Source: Candidatus Latescibacterota bacterium (GTDB lineage Bacteria > Latescibacterota > UBA2968 > UBA8231). From it: 64,000 nucleotides of DNA. Position numbers and translations under genes: made by a program. The stretch spans positions 1,408,001 to 1,472,000 of the forward strand of contig CBDCXV010000001.1 in NCBI GenBank assembly GCA_965223905.1. The letters are read 5' to 3'. Shown here piece after piece: positions 1 through 10,232 of the stretch. Under the pieces are notes generated by a model. The model saw only the letters and a list, made by a program, of their open reading frames with translations, searched no databases and was not told where the DNA came from. How positions within the stretch are numbered: the first letter of the stretch is position 1; each line of letters begins with the position of its first letter.

Positions 1-3000
1 GAGAACGAGGTGCGGGTATTCCCTTCGTCCCTACGGGTGGGCTCGGTGGAAGAAGCGCGCACCAGGCTCGAAAGGCAGCCCGTGGCGGACAACTATCGGA
101 GCCAGCTGCTGTCCATCGCCGAGACGCTGATCGACGCCGATCCGGACGAAGGCCTCTCCACCGATGAGCTGATGGGCGTATCGGGCTTGAGCCCCGAAGG
201 CGTGCGCGCGGCTCTCTACGACCTGGAACGAATCGGCATCGCGAGCAACGATACGGCGCTCACCGCCTTCGTCCATACAGGGGTGGAGAGAAGCTCGCGG
301 AAGCGCCTTGAGGAGGCGGAGAGTCTCGAGAAAGCCCTGATCGAGCACCTCCGTCTGGCGGCCCCGGACATGGACAAGGGAGACGCCTCGATCCTGCACT
401 TGCGAGTCGCGTCGCAAGTCCTGCGCGACGCGGGGGTGGTCGATCCCCTTCCCGAGCGGCTATGGCGCATTCTTCGCAGCATCGCCGCCGACGGCCGCGG
501 CGAGGGGGGCGGCTCCGGGAGCCTCGGGATCCGGAAGCGCGATGCGGAGACCGTGCAGGTGACCCTGCAACGCGATTGGCCAGCCCTGGAGGAGACCGCA
601 TCGCGGCGCCGTGAGGGCTCGAGACGCCTGCTCGAGCACCTGCTCGCCAGCCTGCCGCCTGGGAGCCGGGGTACGGATCTCCTGGCCGAGACCACCCTCG
701 GGAAATTGCTCGAGGCACTCACCTCCGATCTGGTGCTGAAGAGCAGGGTCAAGGATCCGCAAAAGCTCCTGGACCGAGCGCTTCTGTGGTTGCACGAGCA
801 GGAGGTCATTCGCCTCCACAAGGGTCTCGCGGTGTTCCGGCCCGCCATGACCATCCGGCTTGCGGACGAGAATCCGAGGAGAGGCTTCGCCGCCGCCGAC
901 TTCGAGCCGCTCAAACTCCACTACGAGGGGCAGGTACGGCAGATCCACGTCATGGTCGAGTTCGCGCGGCGGGGTCTCGAGGCCATGGCCGAGGAACTGC
1001 AGCTCGCAATGGACTACTTCGGCCTGAACGAGCAGGAATTCCTTAACCGCTGGCTGCCGGATCGGAATCAGGAGCTCCGGCGCGAGACCACCCCCGAATC
1101 GTGGAGGGCCATCGTCGAGAGCCTGAAGAACCCCGTCCAACAGCGGATCGTCGCGGATAATCGAGACCAGAACGTAATAGTTCTCGCCGGTCCCGGATCA
1201 GGAAAGACGCGGGTGCTGGTGCACCGGATCGCTTACCTGGTGCGGGTGAAACGCGAGAATCCCCGCGGTATTCTGGCCCTCGCCTACAACCGGCACGCCG
1301 CCGTCGAGATCCGGCGCCGTCTCGGGGAGCTGATTGGAGAGGATGCCCGCTGGGTAACGGTGCTAACCTGCCACGGCCTCGCCATGCGCCTGGCAGGGGC
1401 GAGCTTCAGTGGAAGAGCCGGGCGTCCGGAAAACAAGATGTTTCAGGAAGTTTTGCAGAAGGCGATAGCGCTGCTGCAGGGCGAGGGGCTGCCCCCGGAA
1501 GAAGCCGACGAGCAACGCGACAGGCTTCTCGCCGGTTTTCGCTGGATTCTGGTCGACGAGTACCAGGACATCGACGCCGACCAGTACGAGCTGATATCGG
1601 CCTTGGCCGGACGGACCCAAAAAGATGAGGATCGCAAGCTCACCCTCTTCGCCGTGGGCGACGACGATCAGAATATCTACGCGTTCAACGGAGCTTCGGT
1701 GGAATTCATCCGCCGCTTCGAGAAGGACTATGGGCCGAAGCCCGAATTTCTCATTGACAACTATCGTTCCACCGGCCACATCATCGCCGCCGCCAATGCC
1801 CTGATCGAGTCGGCCCGGGAGCGCATGAAGGACGAACACCCCATCGGCATAGATCGGGCACGTGCGAAGAGTCCGCCTGGAGGTGAGTGGAGTAAGCTGG
1901 ATCCGGTCTCTCAAGGCCGGGTGCAGGTTCTATCGGTGCCAAAGCCGGGGGATCTCGTGGCGCAGGCGCAGGTGGGGATGATGGAGCTTCTGCGACTGGC
2001 CGGCCTTGCCCCGGACTGGGACTGGTCCAAGTGCGCGGTGATCGCACGCGAATGGAAGTACCTGGAACCGGTGCGAGCGTTCTGCGAAGTCCACGGTATC
2101 GAGGTGCAAATGGGGAATGAAGAAATGCCGAGCTTCTGGCACCTTCGGGAGACCAAGGCGCTTGTTGAATGGCTGCGCGGACGGAAAACCCGGCTGGTGG
2201 ACCATATGGAGCTCCGTGATTGGATGAATGCACGACCTTCCGGAGGACCCTGGATCGAATTGTTGCGGGAAGCCCTGGACGAGCACAAGCTGGAAACCGG
2301 CGAGGGCGCAGAGGTGCCGGTGGATCACTTCATCGAGTGGCTGGCCGAATGGGGACGGGAAGTCCGCCGCCGCCCGCGTGGACTGACGCTTCTGAGCGCA
2401 CACCGAGCCAAGGGGTTGGAGTTCGATCACGTGGCCGTGCTCGACGGAGGCTGGGACAAAGTCGACGTCGACAAGGGGGAAGACCCGGACGCGCCGCGCA
2501 GGCTCTACTACGTGGCCATGACCCGTGCCAGGAAGACCCTCGCGCTCGTTCGTTTTCAGGGAGAACAGCCGCAGCAAAGTCCCACCCCGCCGAATTTCGC
2601 AAGGGAGCCTGCCCCTCCCGTGTACTTGGGGGTAACACCACTGCCATTTGCCTTTCCGAACAACGGCTCGATTCTGCACCGCTCCTCCGGCGTTTTGCCG
2701 CCGAGAGTTCCCGAGCTTGCACGTCGATACAGGCGGCCCCGTCCGGACGTGGGATTCGCAGGGCGTCGCCACGCCAACCATCCGGTGCATCGCGCCATCG
2801 CCGTCCTGTCTCCCGGGGACCCTCTGGAAGTACGAGTGGATGAACAAGGACGCTGGAATCTGCTGGACGAATCCGGTACTGCGGTCGGGCGCCTTGCCAG
2901 AGGCTTCGAACCCCCACCCGGGACACGATGCGGCTCCGCCAACGTCCTCGCCGTCGTAGCTCGGAGCCGCGAAGCATCGGAACCGCAGTATCGCGACTAC

Positions 3001-3063
3001 ACGCAATGTGAAACCTGGGAGGTAGTGATACCGGAGTTGGTTTTTGAACCGGTGCGCCAGTAA
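1..3063 (+). CDS. Large ATP-dependent DNA helicase, C-terminal UvrD/SF1 module (probably a RecQ-UvrD fusion; 5' part lies outside the window)
   Basis: Frame is open from base 1. Motifs AGPGSGKT, LVDEYQD, VGDDDQNIY, NYRS, HRAKGLEFD and RRLYYVAMTRAR are present, with a long helical/wHTH region before the SF1 core. Confidence 0.85.
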   Translation, partial: ENEVRVFPSSLRVGSVEEARTRLERQPVADNYRSQLLSIAETLIDADPDEGLSTDELMGVSGLSPEGVRAALYDLERIGIASNDTALTAFVHTGVERSSRKRLEEAESLEKALIEHLRLAAPDMDKGDASILHLRVASQVLRDAGVVDPLPERLWRILRSIAADGRGEGGGSGSLGIRKRDAETVQVTLQRDWPALEETASRRREGSRRLLEHLLASLPPGSRGTDLLAETTLGKLLEALTSDLVLKSRVKDPQKLLDRALLWLHEQEVIRLHKGLAVFRPAMTIRLADENPRRGFAAADFEPLKLHYEGQVRQIHVMVEFARRGLEAMAEELQLAMDYFGLNEQEFLNRWLPDRNQELRRETTPESWRAIVESLKNPVQQRIVADNRDQNVIVLAGPGSGKTRVLVHRIAYLVRVKRENPRGILALAYNRHAAVEIRRRLGELIGEDARWVTVLTCHGLAMRLAGASFSGRAGRPENKMFQEVLQKAIALLQGEGLPPEEADEQRDRLLAGFRWILVDEYQDIDADQYELISALAGRTQKDEDRKLTLFAVGDDDQNIYAFNGASVEFIRRFEKDYGPKPEFLIDNYRSTGHIIAAANALIESARERMKDEHPIGIDRARAKSPPGGEWSKLDPVSQGRVQVLSVPKPGDLVAQAQVGMMELLRLAGLAPDWDWSKCAVIAREWKYLEPVRAFCEVHGIEVQMGNEEMPSFWHLRETKALVEWLRGRKTRLVDHMELRDWMNARPSGGPWIELLREALDEHKLETGEGAEVPVDHFIEWLAEWGREVRRRPRGLTLLSAHRAKGLEFDHVAVLDGGWDKVDVDKGEDPDAPRRLYYVAMTRARKTLALVRFQGEQPQQSPTPPNFAREPAPPVYLGVTPLPFAFPNNGSILHRSSGVLPPRVPELARRYRRPRPDVGFAGRRHANHPVHRAIAVLSPGDPLEVRVDEQGRWNLLDESGTAVGRLARGFEPPPGTRCGSANVLAVVARSREASEPQYRDYTQCETWEVVIPELVFEPVRQ

Positions 3064-3089
3064 CCTGGCACGTCTTCCGGCAGGGCATC

Positions 3090-3887
3090 TCACTCCAGAC
3101 AGTTGAACAACGTCGCGATGCCGCCGAACATCCCGGGAAAGCGGAACAGCTCCGGGTCCTGCGCGCGGATGCGGGCCAGCAGCGGCTCGTCGAGCATCCC
3201 TTCCTGGTAGTCGAAGAAGGCGCCCTCGTCCGCGGCGTCGTAGGAGCCCACACCCCGGGCCTCCTCGCAGACCGCGGCCACCGCGGCGTCCCCCTCGAGC
3301 TTTTCCGCCATCGCACCGAAGAACCGCCGCAGCGCCGCCTCGTACCCCGGCCGGTCCCCGGACCAGAGCCCGGCGGCCTCCGCGAAGGCCGCGTGCCCCT
3401 TGCCCAGGCGCTCGTCCCAGCGGTCGGGAACCTCGCCGTCAAGGGTGAAGGGAGCGGCGTTCCCCAACAGCGGGGTGCGGTCCTGCGTCTGGAACGCGAC
3501 CAGGACCCGTCCCCCCGGATGCGGCCGGGCGCGCAGGCGCACGACGCTCTGCGGTTCGATGGCGACGAGCTCGCCCGGGGCAACGGCCACCTCCTGCGGC
3601 CCATCCCAGGTCAGCAGGTCCAGCCAGGCCTCCCGGGCGGCAAACACCTGGAGGTGCTCGCGCGGCAGGCCGTTCAGGCCGCAGCGTCCGAACGGCATCG
3701 ACAGCGCCCAGGAGTCGTCGCTCCCGGGGGTTCCCGGCGCTCCGCGCAGGCGGGCGAGCGCCTGCGCCAGGTCCGCGGCCTCGGTTTCGGGACCGGTCTC
3801 GAGCCGCTCGACCACCCCTCGCTCGAACCGCGCCCGGTACGGCACCCCGTACCCGAACAGCCGCACCCCGAGTATCTCCCTGATCAT
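3090..3887 (-). CDS. Hypothetical protein (possible cupin-like central region)
   Basis: The ATG at 3887 overlaps the stop of the upstream gene (ATGA). The 265 aa product MIREILG... has plausible composition. Confidence 0.65.
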   Translation of the reverse strand: MIREILGVRLFGYGVPYRARFERGVVERLETGPETEAADLAQALARLRGAPGTPGSDDSWALSMPFGRCGLNGLPREHLQVFAAREAWLDLLTWDGPQEVAVAPGELVAIEPQSVVRLRARPHPGGRVLVAFQTQDRTPLLGNAAPFTLDGEVPDRWDERLGKGHAAFAEAAGLWSGDRPGYEAALRRFFGAMAEKLEGDAAVAAVCEEARGVGSYDAADEGAFFDYQEGMLDEPLLARIRAQDPELFRFPGMFGGIATLFNCLE

Positions 3888-4690
3888 GACGACCCGATCG
3901 TGTCGCGCAGGTGGGCCACGGCGAGGCGGATCACTTCCCGGTCGTCGCAGCTGTTGATGTCCTGGCCCTCGAACACCACCCCGACAGTGCCGTTGAAGCC
4001 GGCCGCCTTCAGGATGCCGACGATGCGCCCGTAGTCGAGCCACTCCTCCCTGCCGCTGTCGATCTTGTAGAACTTGGCGCGCACGTGCGAGGTCAGGGGG
4101 GCCACCTGCTCCATGTAGCGGTAGATGTCGTGAGCCGGGTCGCCGACCCCCTTGTGCCTGCCGGGCGATCCCAGCCACTGCCCGGTGTCCATGATCACAG
4201 TGAAGTTCGGGCGGTCGACCCCCTCGTGGATGCGCAGCACGTCGTCTCCGGTGCAGGGGTGGTTCTGCAGGCCGACGGCGACCCCCACCTCGGCGGCGTG
4301 GTCGCACGACTGCTGGAAACAGCGGATCTCCCGCTGCCGGTCCCCCTCGGTCTGGGGGGCTTCACCGCAGAACACGCGGATCATCGGCGCCCCGAGAAAG
4401 GAGGCGATGCGCGCGTGCTCCCGCGTCACGGCGACCTTGCGCTCGAGCTCCTCGTCGCTGCCGACGAAATGGCCGCCCGAGGCGAGGTAGCCGATCGACA
4501 GCCCGGCGCGCAGGCACTTCATCTTGATCTCCAGCAGGTAGTCCGGCTCGTGGGAGGCCCAGCCGCGCCCCGCCAGGAAGTCGATCGACTCGACCTTCAG
4601 CCCGGCGCAGCAGGCGATGTAGCTCTCGGCCGTCTCCAGCGACGGCGGATCGTCCTTGCCGAACATCGAGGCGTACACTCCGACTTTCAT
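3884..4690 (-). CDS. Sugar phosphate isomerase/epimerase (xylose isomerase-like TIM barrel)
   Basis: LGAPMIRVF, LQNH, MDTGQW, HVRAKFY pattern. Confidence 0.85.
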   Translation of the reverse strand: MKVGVYASMFGKDDPPSLETAESYIACCAGLKVESIDFLAGRGWASHEPDYLLEIKMKCLRAGLSIGYLASGGHFVGSDEELERKVAVTREHARIASFLGAPMIRVFCGEAPQTEGDRQREIRCFQQSCDHAAEVGVAVGLQNHPCTGDDVLRIHEGVDRPNFTVIMDTGQWLGSPGRHKGVGDPAHDIYRYMEQVAPLTSHVRAKFYKIDSGREEWLDYGRIVGILKAAGFNGTVGVVFEGQDINSCDDREVIRLAVAHLRDTIGSS

Positions 4691-4923
4691 CCGCTTTCGT
4701 CCCTTTCATTTGGTCGTTCAGGTTGCCCCCGGGTATCCGCCCGCGGGGTCCGCGGGTTGCCGCCGCGTTCCAGGTGGTTGCCCGGAGGGATTGGCTTAAC
4801 TTTCCCGGCGCGGGGCGATTTCACTCCGTCGCCCGCAAAGCTACCTTTCCCGGCACGCCTTCTCAACCGGCGCCGCTTGCCGGCCCGACTGCATGCGACC
4901 TTCACCACCGATCCTCGGATTCC

Positions 4924-5133
4924 ATGCCGCGAATCGACGTAAAAGCTCTCCAACGCATCATGATGGCGCGGAACTTCCTGTTCAAGTTTCAGCTCGCCAA
5001 CGCCGTCGGCCTGAGCTACGAGCGCCTCACCGCCATCGTCGTCAACGGCGAGAACGAGGTCGAGGAGGAGGAGGTCTCCAGGCTGTGCTCCGGGCTGGGC
5101 TGCGACCGCTCCGATATCGTCGCCGGCGAGTAG
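4924..5133 (+). CDS. Small XRE-like helix-turn-helix protein
   Basis: 69 aa, with FQLANAVGLSYERLTAIV...LCSGLGCDRSDIV. Confidence 0.65.
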   Translation: MPRIDVKALQRIMMARNFLFKFQLANAVGLSYERLTAIVVNGENEVEEEEVSRLCSGLGCDRSDIVAGE

Positions 5134-5268
5134 GCCATCACACTTCGATCCAGGAGAACAGGACATGAGGGAAGTGGTGAACATCCCGGTCGAGCGCTTC
5201 GAGCGCGACCCAGGCGATGCTGCCGGACCTGATGAACTTCAGCGGCTGACGGAAGCGGAGGGAACGGG

Positions 5269-6243
5269 ATGACGCAACCAACCCTGCTTTACCTGTCGCG
5301 GGAGGACGTCGAGGCCGTCGACCTGCCGATGGCCGACATCGTCGCCGCCTTGGAGGAGATGTTCCGGGAAAAGGGGCAGGGCAACGTCGAGATGCCGCCG
5401 AAACCCGGCATCCATACCCGGCCCGACGCCTTCATCCACGCCATGCCGGCGTACATCCCCAGCCTGGAGGCGGCCGGCATGAAGTGGGTCTCCGGGTACC
5501 CCGGGAACCAGGCGCGCGGCCTGCCCTACATCACCGGCCTGCTGGTGCTCAACGATCCCCTGACCGGGATTCCCCTCGCCGTCATGGACGCCACCTGGAT
5601 CACGGCGATGCGCACCGGCGCCGCCACCGCCCTCGCCGCCCGCTACCTGGCGCGCCCGGACAGCTCGACCGTCGCCGTTCTCGGCTGCGGCGTCCAAGGC
5701 CGCAGCAACGCCCACGCCCTCGCCACCCTGTTCGAGCTGAAGAAGGTGCGCGCCTTCGACCCCCACCCGGAGCGGGTGAGGGAGTACGCCCGCGACATTC
5801 AGGACCAGCTTGGCTTGGAGGTCGTGCCGGCTGCGGATCCGCGCGATGCCCTGCAGGGGGCGGACCTCGTCGTCACCGCGGGCCCGATACTCAAGAACCC
5901 CGACCCCGCCATCGCCGCGGACTGGCTCGAGCCGGGGGGCTTCGCCAGCGCCGTCGACTTCGATTCCTATTGGCAAGGAGCGGCCCTGGAGCAGGCGGAC
6001 AAGATCGCCACCGACGACCTCGCCCAGATGGAGTACTACCGGGGAGAAGGGTACTTCGGGCAGACGCCGCCGGCCTACGCCGACATGGGGGAGCTCGCCG
6101 CCGGCCTCAAGCCGGGCCGGGAGAGGGAGGACGAGCGTATCATCGCCATGAACCTCGGCATCGCCCTGGAGGACATGGCTGCCGGCATCCGTGTTTACCG
6201 CGCAGCGGTCGAGGGCGGAATCGGGACCCGGCTGCCGCTGTGA
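5269..6243 (+). CDS. Ornithine cyclodeaminase/mu-crystallin family protein
   Basis: HAMPAY, GMKWVSGYPGN, ITAMRTGAA, GCGVQG, GIALEDMA. Confidence 0.9.
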   Translation: MTQPTLLYLSREDVEAVDLPMADIVAALEEMFREKGQGNVEMPPKPGIHTRPDAFIHAMPAYIPSLEAAGMKWVSGYPGNQARGLPYITGLLVLNDPLTGIPLAVMDATWITAMRTGAATALAARYLARPDSSTVAVLGCGVQGRSNAHALATLFELKKVRAFDPHPERVREYARDIQDQLGLEVVPAADPRDALQGADLVVTAGPILKNPDPAIAADWLEPGGFASAVDFDSYWQGAALEQADKIATDDLAQMEYYRGEGYFGQTPPAYADMGELAAGLKPGREREDERIIAMNLGIALEDMAAGIRVYRAAVEGGIGTRLPL

Positions 6244-6836
6244 CCGATTCCGGGACAGAGCGGGTCTTCTCCAGTCGCCAAGAGTCGCCTCTCGCGGCTC
6301 TGTCTGGGGAAATCATCCGGCAGAGCGGGGACCGGACAAAATCTCGTTGCATGGGTACGAAAGGGTGATTTCCTTGAGTGAAGAAGCAACTTCCATTCCC
6401 CCGAACGCCTTATGACAAAGCCCATCGAGACATTCCAGGCGCTTTTACGCGAGTTGTTCCAATTCGACTGCGCCGACCTGGACTTCGGCATCTACCGCAT
6501 CATGAATCACAAGCGGGATGTAATCGAGCGGTTTATCGTCGAAGATCTGCCCAAGGCCGCTGCCGAGGCACTGGATAGCGGCGCAATGGCCGAGCAGTCC
6601 CGCGTTGCAGAGGAGCTGCTGGAAGTTCGGCAGCAGATTTCAAAGAATCTGGGTACAGACGCCGTTGATGCCGACGGGAAGTTGGCAGAGACGTATCGCA
6701 ACACGCCGCTAGGTGAGAAATACCTCGAGTTGAAGGAGAATTCCGGGGGCAGTCGAGGCCGCGACGCCCTCGAGGCCGAGATTCCAGAGACCTTCAACTA
6801 CCTGATCGGCCTGCGCGTCGAGACGCGGCGCGTATA

Positions 6837-8385
6837 CCCTCTGGTTGCATAAAAACAGGGCTTTTTTCTTCTCCGGAGTGCACCTTGTCACTTGCGGCGC
6901 CCTCTGAAAAAGGGGGTATTTGATACGGTCACCCATGACCTGTATCGACCCCTTCCAGGAGGACACCGCAAGTGAGGTTCAGAAAACAAGACATTTTGGC
7001 CCGTTTTCACAAGCTCCCGCGTCTTCGCTTCGAAGATCAACGGCTTACTTCCTTTGCGGGAGTGATCGTTTTTCAACTGCTCTTTCGGCGCTTGGATCTA
7101 AAGACTCGACTGAAGTCCTGCTTCCCCGCCAAAAGCGCAGCGACCTTTGCTCCCCATGTCATTGTGTTGTTGCTCATCGTGCATCTGTTGCTGGGCTTCC
7201 GGCGGCTGCGGGACGTGGACTATTACCGGGACGATCCGGTGGTCCTGCGTTTGTTGGGCTTACGTCGCCTGCCGGATGTGGCCACCCTCAGTCGCGCGCT
7301 GGCAAAAATGGGCCATTCAAGTATCGCAAAAGTGCGACACCTGTCTTCGACCCTGGTCATGCAAGCGCTCCAGCGTGAGCGCTTCCCCCGTCTGACTCTC
7401 GACTTCGACGGCTCGGTGATCTCCACCTGTGGTCATGCCGAAGGGACCGCCGTTGGCTATAATCCGAAAAAGAAGGGGGCGCGCAGCTACTACAACCTGT
7501 TCTGCACGGTGGCGCAAACCGGACAGTTTCTGGATGTCCTTCACCGGCCCGGCAACGTCCATGACAGCAAGGACGCCCATGCGTTCATGATGGACGCCTT
7601 CGATCGCGTGCGCGACGCCTTGGCGCCCACCGTGCTCGAGTCGCGACTGGACAGCGCCTTCTTCAGCCAAAACACGCTCACTCTCATGGACCTGTATGGC
7701 GTCGGATGCACGATCAGTGTCCCTTTCGAACGCTTTCCCGTACTCAAGGACCAGATCGAAGCGCGCCAGCGCTGGCGCTACCTCGATGAGCACTGCTCCT
7801 ATTTCGAGAGTGACTGGAAACCGGAAAGCTGGCCGGCCTGCTACCGGTTTCTGTTTGTGCGCCGTGCGGTGCCGCGTCAGACCAAGCAAGCGCTGCAACT
7901 GGATCTGTTCGAACCCCGGCACATCGATCACGAGTACCGCGTTGTGGTTACCAACAAGATGAACTCGCCACGCAGCGTGCTCCTCTTCCACTATGGCCGC
8001 GGCGCCCAGGAAGGGATCTTCGCCGAGGCCAAGCAACAGGCCGGGCTGGATCTGATCCCCACCCGACGGTTGCTCGGCAACCAGATGGTTACTTTGTGTG
8101 CGATGATGGCCCACAATCTGGGACGCGAAATGCAGATGCTGGCGCAGCCGCGATCGAACTATTCGCGCGCCAAACGGCCGGCGGCGTGGACCTTCCAAAC
8201 CTTGGACACGCTGCGTCATCGCTTCATTCAACGCGCCGGGCGCCTCACTCAGCCCAAGGGCGAGTTGACCCTGACCCTGAACTCCAATCCAAAAGTCGAG
8301 AAAGATCTGTTGCATTTCCTCGAAATCCTGAAGGAAGCCGCCTGATCACAACCACCGCTTCAAACAGATTTATGCAACGTTAGGG
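6837..8385 (+). mobile_element. IS1380-family insertion sequence
   Basis: Terminal inverted repeats CCCTCTGGTTGCATAAA and CCCTAACGTTGCATAAA (14/17 match). A 4-bp TATA target duplication lies at 6833-6836 and 8386-8389. Confidence 0.9.
6972..8345 (+). CDS. IS1380-family DDE transposase
   Basis: LTLDFDGS, GYNPKKKGARSY, RPGNVHDS, RLDSAF, YGRGAQEGIFAEAK. Confidence 0.9.
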   Translation: MRFRKQDILARFHKLPRLRFEDQRLTSFAGVIVFQLLFRRLDLKTRLKSCFPAKSAATFAPHVIVLLLIVHLLLGFRRLRDVDYYRDDPVVLRLLGLRRLPDVATLSRALAKMGHSSIAKVRHLSSTLVMQALQRERFPRLTLDFDGSVISTCGHAEGTAVGYNPKKKGARSYYNLFCTVAQTGQFLDVLHRPGNVHDSKDAHAFMMDAFDRVRDALAPTVLESRLDSAFFSQNTLTLMDLYGVGCTISVPFERFPVLKDQIEARQRWRYLDEHCSYFESDWKPESWPACYRFLFVRRAVPRQTKQALQLDLFEPRHIDHEYRVVVTNKMNSPRSVLLFHYGRGAQEGIFAEAKQQAGLDLIPTRRLLGNQMVTLCAMMAHNLGREMQMLAQPRSNYSRAKRPAAWTFQTLDTLRHRFIQRAGRLTQPKGELTLTLNSNPKVEKDLLHFLEILKEAA

Positions 8386-8678
8386 TATATAACGACGACG
8401 ACCGGCGCTACCTGGTTTATCGCGGCTGGATTGACCAGCGGCGGGTCGCCGTTATCTGGCGGGAAACCGAAGGTTGGGGCAAGGCCGCTCTCGTGCGCGA
8501 CAAGGAATTCGCGGCAGAGCGGCAATTGACTACTGGCGCGGACGAGGTCTACGTCAATGGAGATTCCTTCATCCGCGAAGCCAAGGCTCTGGAGCCGATG
8601 TTCAAGCGACGAATGTTCGCAGAGACGCAGGCATAAGAAGGACTCACACGACGATACTGAGGATTGCAGGAACATACC

Positions 8679-9059
8679 ATGAACAACACCATTGAAGAAA
8701 CGACTGTTGGACGCTATCGCCGAAGTCCCGGTGGAAGCAAAGATAAAACGGCTTGCTCAGTCATAGATAAATTTGTCGGCAACATTGTAAAAAGTGTAAA
8801 CCCTCTGCAAATAATCCTCTTTGGCTCGGCCGCCAGAGGAGACGCAGGAGAGCATAGCGACATCGATCTCCTTGTAGTCATGCCAGAGGGTGTTCACCGA
8901 CGGCGAACGGCGCAGAAGCTGTATCGGGAAATTACAGGTTTGGGCGTGCCTTTTGATATTGTAGTAGCAACCCCTCAGGATTTGGAAAAGCACAAGGATA
9001 ATAGGGGCTTGATCTATAAAAGTGCTTTAAAGGAAGGTATAGAGATTTATGGGCACTGA
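8679..9059 (+). CDS. Minimal nucleotidyltransferase (MNT antitoxin)
   Basis: ILFGSAARGD...SDIDLLVV. Confidence 0.85.
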   Translation: MNNTIEETTVGRYRRSPGGSKDKTACSVIDKFVGNIVKSVNPLQIILFGSAARGDAGEHSDIDLLVVMPEGVHRRRTAQKLYREITGLGVPFDIVVATPQDLEKHKDNRGLIYKSALKEGIEIYGH

Positions 9060-9447
9060 ACCTCGTGTTCCAGGTAGCGCTGAGGATTGGCTTCGTTACG
9101 CCAAGAGCGACTTGGAGCTTGGCCGCATAGAAAAACCGGAAGGTGTCTTGCTGGAGAATCTATGTTTCCATGCCCAGCAAGCTGCCGAAAAGACACTGAA
9201 AGCAGTTTTGATATTTCTTGAAATTGATTTTCCCAGAACACACAATATCAGAACATTGCTCGATCTCTTGCCCGAAGGTGTCGGTGTTCCTCCGGAGGTA
9301 GAAGAAAGTGCAGCCCTGACAGACTATGCTGTTGAATCTCGATATCCCAGGAGTAATGAACCCGTCGATGACGAAGAATACCGGCAGGTTATTGGTCTCG
9401 CCGGAGTAGTCGTGAGTTGGGCCGAAAGGTTGATTTACGAAAATTGA
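9049..9447 (+). CDS. HEPN domain protein (MNT-HEPN pair)
   Basis: WLRYAKSDL, CFHAQQAAEKTLKA, RTHNI, YAVESRYP; overlaps the MNT gene. Confidence 0.85.
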   Translation: MGTEPRVPGSAEDWLRYAKSDLELGRIEKPEGVLLENLCFHAQQAAEKTLKAVLIFLEIDFPRTHNIRTLLDLLPEGVGVPPEVEESAALTDYAVESRYPRSNEPVDDEEYRQVIGLAGVVVSWAERLIYEN

Positions 9448-9498
9448 CCATGAGCAACGTCATTGAAGGAATGACACATTGCTTGCAGGGGTAGCGCC

Positions 9499-9711
9499 AT
9501 GAGCGCGAGAATCGACATGCCCAAAGAAGAGATCGCCGCCTTCTGCCTGCGCCACCACATCCGCCGCATGGCCCTGTTCGGCTCGGTGCTGCGCGACGAC
9601 TTCACGCCTGAAAGCGACGTGGATGTACTCGTGGACTTCGAGCCGGGTCAGACACCAGGATTGGAGTTCATCACCATGCAAGACGAGCTGTCCGGGATAC
9701 TCGGCCGGCAA
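9499..9711 (+). pseudogene. Second MNT gene, 3'-truncated
   Basis: ALFGSVLRDDFTPESDVDVLVDF...ELSGILGRQ, after which the sequence switches to the antisense of the caspase gene. Confidence 0.7.
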
Positions 9712-10232
9712 ATGGAATCGTCTATCAGGAACGACTCGTAGCGCCGCCCTCCCTTGAGCCGGGTGATGGCGCCCGATGCGCAGGCGTCCAATACCGTGAT
9801 GTGGACGTCGGCGGGGATCGACTCCATTTCGCGGCGCAGCTGCTGGTAGGCGAAGCGCTCGTCTCCCAGCAGCAGCCCCTTCTCGTCGGCGTGGCCGGAG
9901 TAGTACAACACCACCTCCGTCCGTCCCTGTTGAGCGGCGCCGTCCACCCTTTCCCGCACCTCCCTCAGCGCCCGGTTCAACTGGTCGCGGCTGGGCTCCC
10001 GCAGCAGAGTGCGGTCTCCCGCTTCCACTCCTCCCATTTCCTCCAGCACCTTCGCGAAGTTCTCCCCGTCCGTCACCGCGTAGCGCAGGGGCACGCGATC
10101 GCTGCCGCCGTAGTTGGCGCCGGCGATAACGACGAACCGCCGCAAGGTGCCCGCGGACGCCGCCGCGGCCAGGGCTCCATCGGCGGCGCACAGCGCCCCC
10201 GCCAGAAACAGAACGGCAGCTCTCTTATTCAA
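9712..10232 (-). pseudogene. Caspase-family (C14) protease with signal peptide, 3'-truncated
   Basis: Hydrophobic N-terminus, PLRYAVTD, YYSGHAD (His) and VLDACASG (Cys). It ends shortly after the Cys at the junction with the MNT remnant. Confidence 0.8.

Larger units (their letters stand above)
6412..8635 (+). pseudogene. Type III R-M Mod-like DNA methyltransferase remnant, internally deleted and split by IS1380
   Basis: The N-terminal LRELFQFDCADLDFGIYRIMN region is joined directly to the C-terminal PETFNYLIGLRVETRRVY. The reading frame resumes after the IS as NDDDRRYLVYRG...VYVNGDSF...MFAETQA*. No catalytic MTase motifs remain. Confidence 0.75.

Noticed and set aside
5165-5272. Short ORF MREVVNIPVERF... 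upstream of the cyclodeaminase gene
   Set aside because: It is about 35 aa with no recognisable motif and cannot be supported as a gene.
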